64,000 bases of DNA, from contig JBLDXI010000032.1 of assembly GCA_047495785.1 (NCBI GenBank), positions 4,216,001-4,280,000 on the forward strand, in the 5' to 3' direction. The DNA is from Lepidodermella squamata. Its lineage: Eukaryota > Animalia > Gastrotricha. Both the position numbers and the translations under genes were made by a program. Each line of letters opens with the position of its first letter. Positions within the stretch are counted from its first letter, which is position 1. Under the pieces are notes generated by a model. It was not told the origin of the DNA. It saw only the letters and a list, made by a program, of their open reading frames with translations, and made no database searches. Below, piece after piece: positions 1-14,400 of the stretch.

Positions 1-325
1 AAAAACGATGTCGTTACCAGGCAATAGAATCTGGGCGATATTATCTGCTATCAATCGCAATGCCTTGAAAGTGGAACTGAAACCCTTGGGACGGAAATTA
101 CCAATATTCGACATCTGTAAATCTTCGCATTCATCTTATACTTTCCGATAACGTAGTTTTAAACTTGATTTATTTCTGAGTCAGGGTATTTGACTAGTTC
201 AATAGACGGATGCCTTTAAAATCGGAGTTATATATTACAATTCGTCGAAAAAAGTAAACAATTCATGGGTATAATCAAAACGTTCAATATAGTTAGACTG
301 AGAAAATGATTATGCTTGTCATCTT

Positions 326-3300
326 TTATCCCAAGCGTATAACTTGCAGGCGCGTCCACTGCAATCCAACTCCCGAGCCCCAATCAGCTACATACATGCC
401 ATCCTTCGACGTAGTCAAGCTGGTCTCCCCGACACGGTACGGCGCCGTCATCAGTCCCTGGTGACAAGTAGCGTCAGACGAAAACCACCAACCAGCCGAG
501 CCGCTCTTCGATGGGCACTGGTTCGCGCCAGTTTGATCGGCGTCAATCGTGCTGAATGCCTTATTGTTCATGTTCGTCGTGAAGGTTGACGCAGTAGTCG
601 TGAAATTTATCTTGTAGTTCTCAGTGCTGCCCCAGATTTGGAATGACGGACTAATCGAACTGGACTCTATCTTCGTGAAGGACGTAGTCGGGGCACTGCC
701 GCCAAGGAATGTGTACATATACTTGAACTGGGTGGTCAGCCTGTTCATTGCCTCAAGACCTGGTACCAAAACTTAATTTTAGGAAAGTTTAGGGGTTAAA
801 TGACCAAATTACCCATCCAGTAGTCGCGGTTACTTGCTCCGAAGAAGTTCTTGTACTCATTGAGAGTTCGGCTATGGAATCGGACAAGACCATTCGAGCG
901 TTGTGCAAGGACTGTGGCGGCAGTTTTGATTTGCGGGTACATTTCACACCAGACCTGAACTGCCGGGGCGCTCATCGCCGGGCGAATCAGGTAGACGCCA
1001 CTCGAACTGTAGCCCATTTTGTAGATCTCGTTGCAATCGATGGGCATCCAACAGCCACGGCCTGGCTCGGCGCATTTGCACGGGTAGATAGTCGCCGAAC
1101 CCGTGCGAGTGCACGTATCCGTGACCGTGCAGTTCGGTGAATCATGCATGCAAATGCTCGACCTCCGCTGTTGGGTGGAGAATTAAAATAAAAATCGATA
1201 GTCCGACAATCTCAAAAGCCTACCATATCCTCCTCTTGGAATGAAGACAGGACGCTGACGTAGGTCCAGTCGGTCGAGCTAACCGAGGCGTCGTTGTAAG
1301 GGTCCATGTTCATGGTGGCGTCGTTCAACGTGCAAGACGAGTTGCTCACTCTGTAGTTGACCGACATGCAGCCGGGTGTGTCCTTGCAGACGCTGATGCA
1401 ATGGCTGAGGGATGGCAGGGTGATCGGCTTCGCAGTCATGTTGTGCTGCATCAAAGCATGGCCTGGCCAACGAGTTAACGGGTAGATGTTGCGCTGTGGC
1501 ATGCCAAGCGTATCCCCCGGGCATGCGCCCTCAGTTATAGTCAGATCGTCGAAGGCAATATCGCCGTACGACGACTGACCTCTCGTAGCTTGAATTCTCA
1601 TCTAAACCGAAATTTAATTATCACACAAATTACCAAGGAAAATTATAACGAACTTGGAAATCAGAAACCGAGGCAACAGTGATTTCGAAGCGTTGCCAAT
1701 CGCTGCCGGTTGATCCCCCCTTGAACTTGATCAGCCGCTTGTCGTCCTTGAAAACCTCGATTTGTCCGAGCATCTTGCCCTGCATGTTGTAGACCATGCG
1801 GAAGCAGTGAGTACCAGCCGGGATGAGCGGCGAGATCAACGCAGCCCGGTCACCGGCCACGGTCGACATTGCTGGCAGGTAGATGTAGTAGCCACCAGCA
1901 TATGCTCCATTCGAGTCACCCTCTGGACCACTTAGTGGGTTGCCTGTTGTGATTCCTTGGTTGATTACGAAATCAGCTGATTCGGTCCAGTCCTGATACC
2001 AACTGCAGAGATCTCCGCGATCGAACCCGCAAGAGAACGACCGCTCGGAACGGCATGGGCCTCGAAGCAGTACTACGTCATCAATTGCGATGTCACTGCG
2101 ATCACCCGGGCCTCGAACAGCTTCGAATGTCAGCGTTTGCGGGTAGTCGAGATCAACCGGCACCGTAGCGCGGATCCACTGATTGCCCCAGTTACCAGAT
2201 CGCTGCCACAAGGTGCGTTCGGAATATGCCGAGAAGTTGCCGTTTTTCGTGTTGTAGACGTTGCTTTGTGGGACGTAAAAGACACGAAGAGAGCCCTGGT
2301 CTTGGCCAAACATATGGTAGTAAAACGTTAAACACGACCGGCCGGCTGATACTGGGGGCAAGTGAATTCGAGACTTTGCTCCCGGCCTCAAGCCAGTCGC
2401 GTCAACATACATGTAATGTCCATCTGAAATGTCGAATTATAGCTTAGATTCAATACAAAGCTAGAAAAGGTTACCTCCCGTCGTTTGATCACCTGCCGGG
2501 CCGGTATTTGCGTTACCAGCCGGGGTTTCGCCTCGATAACGAACCCAATCACCGTCATCAGTGTCGTTTTGTTGCCACCCGCAGTCCTGAAGATAGGCAG
2601 AGTCATCGAAGTTGCAATCGAACCAAGCTGAAAATGGCAGAATATGAAAAATAGTTTGCGCTAATCATAAAATCACCTTGACAAGATAACGATCCGTTTC
2701 TCAGGTAGAAGTCATCAAGCTGAATCGAACCATACTTTTGGAAATGGGTAACGTTATCGATCAACCCAGAAGAACCCTCGAAAACAAGCTGCAAAACTAT
2801 CAGTAGAAAAGCCTAAAAGAGTCAGCTGTTTTTTCTTACATGAGTGTAGTTTGCCCTGTTAAACAGGATGCGGTGCTGCCGCCACGCTGGAGACTGGCGA
2901 CCTTGAACGGCGAAGAGATAGCGGCCGCGATCGTCGCGCAGCCGCAATTCACCCACGTCATATCCATTCATGAAGTAGTTGAAAATGAAGCATTTGATGC
3001 CGCGAGGAATCGGCGGGCCTGAGAAGCTCGCCTTCGAGGTAAGAGATTGCGAGGGCATCTGAAGGTCAAGGGTCATGTAGTAGAATTCTGCAAAAAATAA
3101 CGCTTGAAACCGTGAAATTCATATCAAGAAATTTACCCCCAGAGTAATCGTTTTGTGGCCCATTTAAAAGGTAGCCAGGTACTGTGGTATTCATGTTACA
3201 TTTCCACGTCCCATCATCGTCATCCAAGTTCAGATTTTTCCAATGACCATATTGCGCATACAGCGGGTCGGTGGTACTGAGTGAGCAGAAGATGGCGTTG

Positions 3301-6300
3301 AAGTCCGCGATCGAGTCACCCGCCGCCCACCAGTCAGGCGCCGGTCGGGAGGTTTGGTAGAAATTGTACGTCGACAACTCGCTTTGCGCCTGCTGCGAGA
3401 TGACATTCGTGCACGTGCCGTCGATGAGTTCGATATCGTCGAAGGCTTGGTTGCCATATTGCGTGCACGAATAGAATACGCGAATCATCAGAGCGAAGTC
3501 AGTATCTGGTTGATATTCGAGCTGGGCAGTCACCCATAGCGAATCTGTTGAACTCGTCAGCGGCAGCTTAGGGCCCCAGGCGCTCGTGCCATCGGGCTTC
3601 AGCAGCCACGGCGTGACTTCAAACGATACATCTCTATCGCGACTGTAGCGGAAGCGGAGGCATTGAGGCTTAGCTGGAGCTTTCATCAGCGGCGAGAACC
3701 AGTCGGCGTTTGCACTCGAACTCGAGCAACCAGTCACAGCTCCATCGGAATTAATCGCATAATAGCCTCGGGTATCTATGAGATATCCATGAAAAATGAT
3801 CTAATTAATGAGAGAAAACTCACTTCCGAGATTGAAATCATAGTTAGGACCTTGATTGCCATCTTCAACGCCGTAGTTGAACGGCAAGCTGAGCCCGGCG
3901 GCGACGTCGATATCGCCTGAAATGCCGCCATTTTGAGTCTCAACAAAGTCGCCGTACGTGTTCCGCCAGCCACATGGGTGCTTATTATCGAACGAGCAAT
4001 TGAATCCGAGGTGTTGCGCCTCGACCTTGTAAACTTCGCACAAGAACGGACGGTCAACTCCCGCCGCCGTTCCGATCATTCCGTTGCTGTTCATTGCCAT
4101 CAAAGTGTTCGCTCCCGGGTGTGTTGCTACCCACGACGTCCAGCGAATTTCGTTGCCCTCGGTGTTGACCCAAATCGAGTTAAGCGAACCGCCTAAGTGA
4201 ATTGTCTTGGCACCGATCAGACTGGTTACATATGCTAACTCAGCTGGGTCTTCCGGCAGAGCGAGGCGGGCCAAGAGCCGAGATCGGCAATGTGATCGAG
4301 CTTCCGCTTCGTTCAGACCAGTGTATTCAAGGAATGGCATGTAGCATTTGCGGCCAAAGTCGAGCCATCCGCGAGGGCACGCCACTGGAGCCCCGCATCG
4401 GCCCTCAGTAACACGAACATCGTCAATGGCAATGTCGGAAAACCTGTCTGTCCCCGTCTGGCCCTCAATGACAAGTTGGTCAGGTGAAGACAGGAGGAAA
4501 GGCTGTGCGAAAAACGCCCAAGCTTTACCGCGGTAGTCATCGCCAGTGCCGGTTCTAAGCATTATCTGTTTATTGCCATTCAGCAGGTACACCTTTAGCT
4601 GTTTAGCTTTAGTTTGCGACATGTGATACCACATTTCGAAGCAGTGCCACCCAGCTGGAATAGCCGGTGAGACCAGGCGAGCTGTATATCCGCCCCAGCC
4701 AATAGCGTTTGCGTTCAACAGCGCGTATCGGTCAAGAGCTTCTTGACGCTCGGCAGTTTTACCGCCTCGAGGCCCTGTTGATAGTCCGCTCGATCCGGTC
4801 GGAGTTGCATCATGACGTATGACCCAGTCGTCGTCGTCACTCAAATCCTGATACCAGCCGCAAAACCCAGTCTCGAAATTGCAGTTGGTCTCAAGGTTAG
4901 CTCGAGTCGAATCGCGCATTCGATCGTCCTGGATGTAAGAATCACACATAGCCTTAACGCGGCCGATGAAATCAGCCGTGAGTGGCATGCTGTACAAGCT
5001 TAGGCAAGAAACATTCGCTAGCAACCGACTTGACGTGGACACCTGAGCGCCAACATTGAAGCCGAAAGTCGAAGCTGCATTCGCGTTAGATGTCCTCGAG
5101 TCGATTTGAGCTCCGTCTTTGTACAGCGTCAAAGTTTTGGCATCAGAGTTGAAAACGGCGCAGATGAAGTGCCAGCCGGCTCGGTCCCACCCGCCGGCGA
5201 TGTTAGCTTGAACACCGTTGTTATCGTTGAAAATCAGCGAAGTTCCCTTGAGCCACAGCGAAATTCCAGCGGCATTCGCGGCGCTTGTCACATACTCGAC
5301 AACAGGCCCGTCGACGGTTTTGCTCGACGATTGGACATAGGCGCACATCGTGAATGAGCTGGTTCCAAGACTGACGCCGGTGTAGGGGAAGTTGATGTAG
5401 CCATTAGCGTCCAGGCCGAGGGCATACGCGGTATTAGACGTGCGGAACGGGCCTTGAGTTGGCGCGACGGTTGTCGATTTCGCAACTCCGTGGTTCTCGT
5501 TACCGCTGATGTCAAGCAGGCCGGTGAGCGGGGTTAGAGGCCAAAAGCCTATTGTTTCAATGTGCCAAGGTGGCAGGTCCATGTCAACCATGCACGCAGC
5601 TCTTATCTATTGCAAAGATAGTTATAACAATCATTCTTAAAAAATCGAATAAATCAATACTTTCAAGATTTGAGCAGCTGTTAGGGCAGTGCTGTAGATG
5701 GAAAGGCAAGACAGTTGGTTCGTGCCTTTGCCAACCCAGAAACCGTACTGCGACGTGGCACCAGCGACGTTGAGTGTGTTGGTTAAGGTAGTTGTAGCAA
5801 CGCCGTCAACAAAAATGGTTGCCACCTGTGATCGAGCGTCGAAGGTCACAGACATAAATTTCCACGACGAGAAACCAACTCCAGTCTGAGTGACCTTGAC
5901 ATCAGTCGCGACTTTGAGATTGGTGTGGAAGTCGGCACCGGCCGGCCACTGCCCCACGACCAATCCGCGTGCGTTTGAAGTGTCGAAAAACTCCAATATC
6001 GGCTGCGAAGCAGCTGAGCTCGACTTGACGAAGATGTTAATGGTGTACGACGTCAGCATAGTCATCGAGTACGGGAAATTGACGAAGCTGGTGGCTGTAT
6101 TGCCATTGAAGTTGAGCGCACGATTCGCCCGAGAGCTTGGCCCTTGGACCGATGTCACATCAGTGAGTGACTGAACCAAACCATGGTAGCCGTTCCCACT
6201 CATGTCACGAGCAATGCCACCCGCGGTTGAGCTGAGTGGCCACCAGCCGACCAGAGATGTCGCCCGCACGAAATCGTACTGTTGGTTAATCTGAATCGTA

Positions 6301-7991
6301 ACACATTTTTGAAAAATCTTAAAGAAACTATCAAGAAGTCACGAACCTTGGAACACACGGCACGTGTCTGTGCTAAATCGGCTAAGGTTGCCGCCCCGTT
6401 GTACATGCTAAGGCATGAGAAACGGCCGGTCTGTTCGTAGGTGTAACCTACGCGCTTGCCTAAGTAGAAGCCATTCGACGCTGTCGGTAGCGATGTTGAG
6501 CCAGCCGCCGTCCCGCGAAGAATGTTGTCGACGTAAAGCGCCTGCCTAGGCAAAGTCGTGTCAATAGTTGCCGATAAATACTGCCAACGGAGATAGCTAA
6601 AGGCATTCACTTGAAGAGACGTTGCTCCGCTGTAATACTGCGAATAGCTGTTTGCGCTCGGGTGATTCGCCCAAATTTGGAAACTAGATACCCCGACTGT
6701 GCGACTAACGTATTCTAAGATTGGAGTCGCTGCTGCTTGGTTGATTTGAGCCATCAGCGAAACAGTGAAACTGCCGTTGATAAGCGTAGACTGGATGCAA
6801 CCCCCGCTGGTCATATCCATCGAAGTCGCCGCGAAGTAGAGAGCACCAGCTGAGCCGCCGCTCGGGCCCGTCGTAGTAGTGACCGCGCTAGGGTAGCTTG
6901 CAGCATTGCAGCCCTGGACAATGTCCCGACCGCGGTGGGCGGCTGTCAGCGGCCAAAAGCCAACAAGTGACTCAGGCTTGTACAACCCATATCGCTCTGT
7001 TTTTCACTTTGAATTATCTCACGTAAAGTAATGATTAGCTTTACCTTTCGGGATAACGCGCCATAGAATTTGGTACCCATTTGAAGCACCAGCAGAATCA
7101 GTCACGAAAACAATTTTGATATCAGTTCCGTAGATTCGAAAAGTGCCTGGGTTGGTTGTGAACGCCTTGTAGAGTGTCCACGAGAACGGCGTGTCGATAT
7201 CGCCGACGTAGAAGTTCAAGAAATCGTTGTTGCGTAACCGAAACACTTGAGTTACGAACTCAACTGCCTCGAAAGCTTGATCGACGTCAATCTGGGTCTC
7301 GCAAACTGTATTCACAGGGTAGGTCAATGGGAAGTATGGTGATTTCAGGACTCCGGTTTTAGTTGTATTTGGAAAAATGTAAGGCTGTGGCGATAGTTCG
7401 CAACCGAAAACTAAGAAACATTTCAGTCAAATTGTTGACCTAAATAAAGAGATCAAAAACTACCGTATTTCTGGAAAGTGTATGCGATCTTCCACTTTCG
7501 CGGCATCGTGGCGGTGTTGAAACCGGTGCCGACAGTCGAATCAGTGTACCACTGGAGCAAGACTTCGCCTGGTGTTGAGAACCCATTCAAAACACTGGCT
7601 GCCGTTCCGGCGTACATGTTAGCCTGCCAGACGATGCTCGAGCCTTGAAGAACTTGAATGTTCAGTCGATCGAGGCTCGAACCATCAAGCACCCATTCGA
7701 TGACTTTGAATGCTACGTACTCGTAATTGTTGACTGTCAGGCGAATTTTGCAGCCTGTTTTGTCGTTTCCGTAATAGTTTCCCGCATAATTGTCACTGTG
7801 GATGTAACCCCATTGATCCGTCTTGACTGTTCGCGCGATTTCGGCTGGAAACCCGGTGCAAGCATAAAGCAGCTGCTGACCGCTAACAGCACTCAGCTGT
7901 AATGCTGTGAAATGTTCAAATTTCAAAATCAACAACAGCAATTTCGATTTTTAAAATTACCGAAAATTAGGAAAGAGATAATTCCCCTCAT
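326..7991 (-). CDS. Secreted mosaic protein copy A: SP-CUB-CUB-LamG x3-MAM-CTLD-MAM x4-PAN-EGF-like-FReD (about 14 exons)
   Basis: ATG at 7991 plus a 56-nt GT-AG intron (7905-7960) gives signal peptide MRGIISFLIFALQLSAVSG. The ORF pieces carry CUB (YPVNTVC...FVTD...GY), LamG (LVGFWPLT...DISGN), MAM (CNFE..CGW...DIAIDD), CTLD (CPRGW...KCY...FLCE), PAN (CISVCKDTPGCMSVNY...CTLN) and FReD (PIDC...SGVYLI...YWMGLE...GWWF) motifs, joined in frame by canonical introns. Confidence 0.9.
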
Positions 7992-8436
7992 TTTCGCTAT
8001 CAGACCATTCGTTTCACTGCAATTTCCACCTCAAGGATGTAACTCGAAAATCTCTCCGCTTAACGATGAAACAATAGGCCGAATCTCAGTTTTTTCTCAT
8101 ACAGCAGCCGATAAGTGGCGGCGTGTTGTTGAATAATTTATAATCTCTTAGATTGCGCATCAATAGAAGCTTTCGTCTAGAAAAAAAACGATTTCGTAGC
8201 CAAGTGATACCGATGGCGACAAAAGCGATCGCGTTCGGTCACATTAATAATGCACGACCTAGGATCTTTCTTCCTTTCAATCGATGACACCTTGTTTAAC
8301 AATAGGTTTTATTTAACCAGCCACTCAAAAGAAACAAAAGGAATTTGATGCATAGCAAATTGCACGTCGATTAGCTATGCGCAGCGACAAAAAAAACGAA
8401 CGCCCTGAGGCATTATTATTACATCACTCGAGAATT

Positions 8437-11400
8437 TTAGTTGTAACTCATACGCGCAAGGTACATGTTCATAGTACGGACGCCAATAAGCCCACTGTTA
8501 CATTCCGCTTGGAACATTGCCTTCCAGTCTGAAGTCGACAATGTTTCCTCGGGACGATAAGGTCCAGTAAGTAGGGATTGCGTGCAGCTTGAAACGGTTG
8601 AATTAGTGTTGAACCACCAACCACTGTTGCCGCTGTTCCAGACGCACCTCTTGCCACCGGTTAGATCTCTATCCATCGCACTGAACGGCAGGTTGTTCAA
8701 ACTGTTGAATGAAACGATTGAACTGTTAGCTATAGTGAATCGGTAATTGTCAGCTGCGCTTGCTATTCTAGCTGGTTGCACACTAGTGCCGCGAGGCGAT
8801 TTCACCTCGCAGTCATTGCCGCTGTATTCAGCTTGCATGCCGGCGTAATAGTCGAGCCCGTTGTTTGTTAGCTGATACATCCGCTCTAGACCTATCCAGT
8901 AGTCCAGGCCAGGCGTACCAAAGCCATTGATGAATTCAGCCATCAACCGACCGTTGAATCGTGTGCCGCCTGTGTTACGCTCAGTAATCGTTGTCTGAGA
9001 CTTGAAGGTCGAGCCGAAAGCGCATTTAACGGGAAAAGCGGGTAACGAAGGGTTAGGCTGGATCCAGTATACTGCTGTTTCACGATAGCCGAAGTCCCAT
9101 AGTTCTTGGCAATCTCTAGGCATGTAACAGCTTCGATTAGGCTCCATACAGCGACAACCCCACATTTTAGAATGAGGAACAGCCGAACAGTTGGTGATAA
9201 AAGTGCACGTCGGCGAATTCAAGTCGCACAAATTTTGGAACCTCTGAAAAGCTCGATCGAATAATAAATAAAGGTAATAAGGCCGGTACTTACCAAATCC
9301 ATTTGCTTGAAAGCCGAGACAGTCCAGACGTAGACTGAGCTTGAATCAGCAACCATCCTCAGCGGATCCATATCAGCCGTTTGGTCGTTCATTTGGCAAA
9401 GGCCTAGCCCGCCGCTCGCTGGGAAATTGATCGACATACATCCTGGGGTAGCACGACATTGCGCGACACACATTGCCAGGGAAACGCCAGAGACCGATGC
9501 CATCACGTGACCCGTGAATCTCACGCCTGTTGTGATGTTAATTGCAGTTGCATCCTTCGGCGAGGCGAAAGCCGGATTTTGAGCGTCATGAGGGCAAGGA
9601 CCGTCTGTTACCTCGATATCGTCAATCGCAATATCCGATGTTTGGCCAGGCATGCGCGTGACTTCGATACTTATCCGAAACGCGGCAGTAGACCGAATTG
9701 TCGTGACAATTCGTCTCCACTCGAAGCCAGTCGTGCCGTATCTCACCCGAAACGCAGTGTCACCGTTGCGCAAGATTGATAGTTGGCTAAATTTGCGACC
9801 ACGCATGTTGTAAGACATTTTGAAGCAAACAGTGCTAGCGCCCTGGATTACCGGACTTATGAGTCGCGATTTGCAAAATGGGCTGCTGCAGATAACGTTC
9901 GGCAGTAGTAGGTAGTAGCCGCCGGCATAAAGCCCAGTCGCATCACCTTGCGGCCCGTTGTGACTTAAGTCGCGCCTGCCTTGCAGCGCGCGAAAATCCT
10001 TATGAGATGTCTCATCATTGGTCCATACACACGGCTGGCCGCGACGTTCGAAACTGCAGGAGAATGAACTGTCTATCGGGCAAGCGCCCTTCAATACGAC
10101 AATATCGTCGATGGCAATATCGCCACGATCGCCATTGCCCCTTCGAGCTTCGAAAATCAAAACTTGAGGATAGCTGAGGCTGAGCGGCACCTGAGCTTTC
10201 AGCCACGTGTTAGCCTGTTCTCCATTCCTTGACCAGACTGTAACTTCCTGATAACGTTGGAAGAAGCCGTTCGAGTTCAGTGTGTTACTGATGTTTTGGT
10301 AGAAAACTCGCAGTGATCCGGTATCTTTGCCCCACATGTGGTAGTAGAAGGTCAGGCAGGAGTTGCCGGCTTGCAGCGATGGCATGTGAACTCGAGCAGT
10401 TGCCCCTGGTTTTAAACCGGACGCCTCGAAATACAGGTAAGACCCTACGCCTGTGCTGAAATCGGCACTCGGGCCAGTATTCTCATTGCCGGCTGGTGTC
10501 TCGCCCGTATTCCGAATCCAATCGCCATCATCGGTGTCGTTTTGCCACCAACCACATGACGCGATCGAAGTCATCTTATCGAAGTTGCAATCCATGTAAC
10601 CAAGGCACAATTCCGAGCTATTCCGTAGCATGATATCGTCGAGCTGAACTGTTCGCCAGATTGAGTTATGCGTATCCCCATCGTCTTGAGGAGTTGATGC
10701 CTCAAAATTGATCTGAAAAATGAATAAAAAACATGTCATAATATTATATTGAGGTAAAATTCATACATAGGTAGGAGTGTTTTCGTTGAACAGGATTCGA
10801 TGCCGCTTCCAGCTTTGACCTTGAGGACCTTGCATCGCCCACAAATAGCGGCCCTTGCCATCAACAAGGCGCATCTCGCCAACATCGTAGCCATGCATGT
10901 AGTAATTGAAGATCAAACACCGCTGGCCGCTAGGAATCGGCGGTCCGCTGTATCGTGCCTGTTCCACAAGAGGCTTGCCAGTGAACATGGTATTGAGGAA
11001 AAATCCATCGTTCGTGTTGTCAACAGTTGGACCGGTTCTGCGGTGGCTGATAGTCTGCCACGATTCGCAGACAAAACTGTACTGCGAATTCACTGGGTTA
11101 TTACGCCACTCATAGTTACTAGGATTTGTTGAACAAGCGAAGAAGCTATTGTCATTTAACGTGGGATGTTGTTCGAAGGAGGAAGCAGTTGATCCTATGT
11201 GATTTTTTTCTATTACATGAGTCACGTACAAGACATTTTCTCAGACTTACGTGGAACAGATAATGGATTGTTGTCATAAGTTGAGTAGGTGACAACGTCA
11301 CATGCGCTGTTGAACAGTTGGATGCTGTCTATCGCGTGGTTCGATAGCCCAAGGCCATTGCATGACAGCCACAGACGAATTTGCACCTCATAGTCGTCCT

Positions 11401-14400
11401 GGGGGTTGTACTCGACAATGAAATGACGCCAGTAAACGTTGTTATTATTGCCGGTGATTGCTAGCGGCTGGCTCTGCGTCATGGTTGCCGATGAAGAAAT
11501 TGTCCATAGGGTTACTTCCATTTTGCTAACATCCGTTGTTCGCATCGCTCGGATGTGAAGACACTTCGGTTTGTCATCCGATTTCATAAAAGGTGAGAGG
11601 ATGTCCACGTAAGCACTCGTGCAATCTGGATAGGCGCTGTCGGGCAGAAGCAGATAGTAGCCGCGATTATCTTAATCAAGAAAAATTGGGCAATCCTTAT
11701 AATAACCATGTTAAACTCTTACTTCCTAGATTGATGTCATACTGTGGGCCATTCTCCGAGTCCTCATCGTACCAGGGCACGCTGAAGCCAGACCAAGCGT
11801 CGAGATCAATGGAGTTGCCGCCATTTGCAGCCGCGTCCGTTGAGTCACCGTAAGAATTTCGCCACGAACACATGTGCTTTTGGTCGAAAGTGCAGTTGAA
11901 GCCTGCATGTTCAGCAGCGACCTTTGTCAACTCGCATAAATAGCCGTAGTTGCTGTTCGGCAGCGCTCTGAAACCATTTTTATCCATGCCTAAAAGAGTA
12001 TTTCCCGCTACTGGTTCAGATGGCGGCTTCCAGGCTGAGAATAAAAACCGTTTTGATCGAAAACTTCAAACATATTTAAAATTGTCTCACGGAGATAAGC
12101 AATAGGGTAGTTATACATGTTCCTCCAATCCGATGATGCATATGATCCCTCAATATGGATCGTCGAGCTATCAAAAAAGCTAACATCAAACAGAAACTTG
12201 GGGAATATTGCCACTTACGAGCCAATTATGCTAGCGACATCGTCGAACTCAGCCTTAGTTTGCGGTCTTGCGACTGAAGCTTTCATTCGCTCATTGCACA
12301 TAGCCATCACCTCAGCCTTGTTTGTTGGTATGTTCGTAAATGAAATGTAACACTTGTTGCCTTTTTCTATCCAACCCATGGGGCAACTAGACGTGGCCAA
12401 GCAGCGATTGTCGGTCACTCTAATCGAGTCAATTGCGATTTCGGAGTATTTGGTCGCCCCAGCAAAAGCGTTGATTACAATAACGTCATATGTATCCAAA
12501 TAGAAATCTATCGAGAAGAACTGCCACTGTTTGCCCTGATTCCCAGTTTTTACCAGCAAATTCAAGTTTTGGTAGTTAAAAATAACTTGTAGCTTGTTGA
12601 CATCAGCGCCGCCCATGTGGTACCACATCTGGAAGCAGTGCCAGCCAGGGCCAATTACCGGTGAACGAACTTGGACGTTAGTATTGTCCGCGCCAACATA
12701 AAAAGGGCTGAGCAGCAGGTAGTAATCAGCGGCGTCGATGCGTTCGGCCGATTTGCCGAATCGTGGCCCGGTTCGCCAGATGTTATTGCCGCCACCCCTT
12801 GTAGCATCACGGTCTAGTATAAATTTGGCATAGCCTGCCTGCATGACGCGCGCAGTCTGCGACCAGCCGCACATGTGTCCCTCGTCGAAATTGCAATCAG
12901 CCTCGTCAAGCGGCCTCGATTGATCTGACAAAAAATAATATGGAAAACTATGCGAAAATGCCTTACTACTCACCTATTAGCATAGGTCCCATCAGGTACG
13001 ACTGGCACATGCTGATCAGTTTTCCGATTCCTTCAGCGGACAGGGCGACAGCGTAGTAGGAAAAGCACGATATTTGCATGGGCAAAGTGTCTTTTCCGCC
13101 TATCACTCTTTTCCCAATCGCAAGGCCATTAGTCGCGGCTGTGTTTGAGACGCTAGACCACGTGCCGAGCAGTGCGCCATCCCGGTAAACCTTAGTCGTA
13201 CTAGTCACTGCATTATAGACGAATGCGATGAATTGCCACTGCTGGTTAACAAAGCCAGCTGCCGAGCCTTCAATCACCATATTGTTGAAGAACAGGGATG
13301 AGACCCAGTTTGCCCACCAATGAAAGCCATACGTGTTTGCAGCCACGCCTTTAAACTCAATGATCGGCCCTGCTGTGTTGCCCAATGTTCGAACGTAGCA
13401 GGCAAATGTATAAGAGCGAGTTCCTAGGGTCAGCCCGCTTGGGTATGGCAAATCAAGGTAATTCGACGCATTAGTTCCGAGCTCGTAAGCCGTGTTTGGC
13501 ACGCCGAACGGTCCCGGCACCAGTTTCACAGCACCCCCTGCCGGGACCTGGGCATGATAGTCGTTGCCGCTGATGTCGTTCAACCCACTGACACTGGTGA
13601 ATGGCCAGAAACCGACTAGCTCGAGGTTGGCAGGAGGGCGGTTCTGATCGAGACACGCCTGTCTGACGGCTACAATTTGAGCAGCCGATAGCGCTGCGCC
13701 GTAAATCGAAAAGCACGACATGCTTCCGACGAATCTGGTCGACGATGTCAGTTCACGGCCGAGAACTAGACCGTGGTCTGAGAACCCAGGCAGCGTCGCG
13801 CTTGATATAGTCGTAGATTTTTTCAAAACGCCATCAACATAGTTTTGCAAGGTTTGCGTTTGCAAGTTGTATACTGCAGACAGAAAGACCCAGTTGGTAT
13901 AATCGACCCCGGTGAACGTCGATCCCGGGGCAGCTGTCAGCACATTGAACCCAATTGTGAAGGCAGTAGTGCTAGGATACTGCCAAATTGAAAATCCTCG
14001 TTGCGGTACAGTATTTGCCCGAAAATCTATTAAAGGGGAGGATCCTGCGCTCGATGTCTTGACGAAAAACGACACAGTGAATGATCGCAAATCGTCTATG
14101 CCGGAGCAATAAGGCAGCGATATCCAAGAATCCGTCCCGCCAGCAAAAGCCACGCCTTGATTAGCTTCCCCAGATGGGCCGTTATCTGGTGTCACAAGGG
14201 TTGTAGACATTCTCTGCGCGTGGCAACCATTGCCAGATAGGTCAGGCAATGAATCTCCAGCAGATCTAACGCCATCAAGGGGCAGCCAGACAACTAGGCT
14301 TGTTCCTTGGTAGATTTCGTATTGTTGCTGAAATTTCGCGCACATAGTTCGTAGCTGATTGACCTCAGAGATGCTCATGCTTTTGTTATAGATCGTCAGA

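Noticed and set aside
3801-6985. Bacterial origin (HGT or contamination) of the LamG_3-like domains
   Set aside because: The domains are embedded in intron-containing genes with metazoan CUB, MAM and FReD modules. Ancient transfer cannot be judged without a phylogeny.
8000-8200. GATA-like sites upstream of the mosaic genes
   Set aside because: Too short and not positionally conserved across the four copies.
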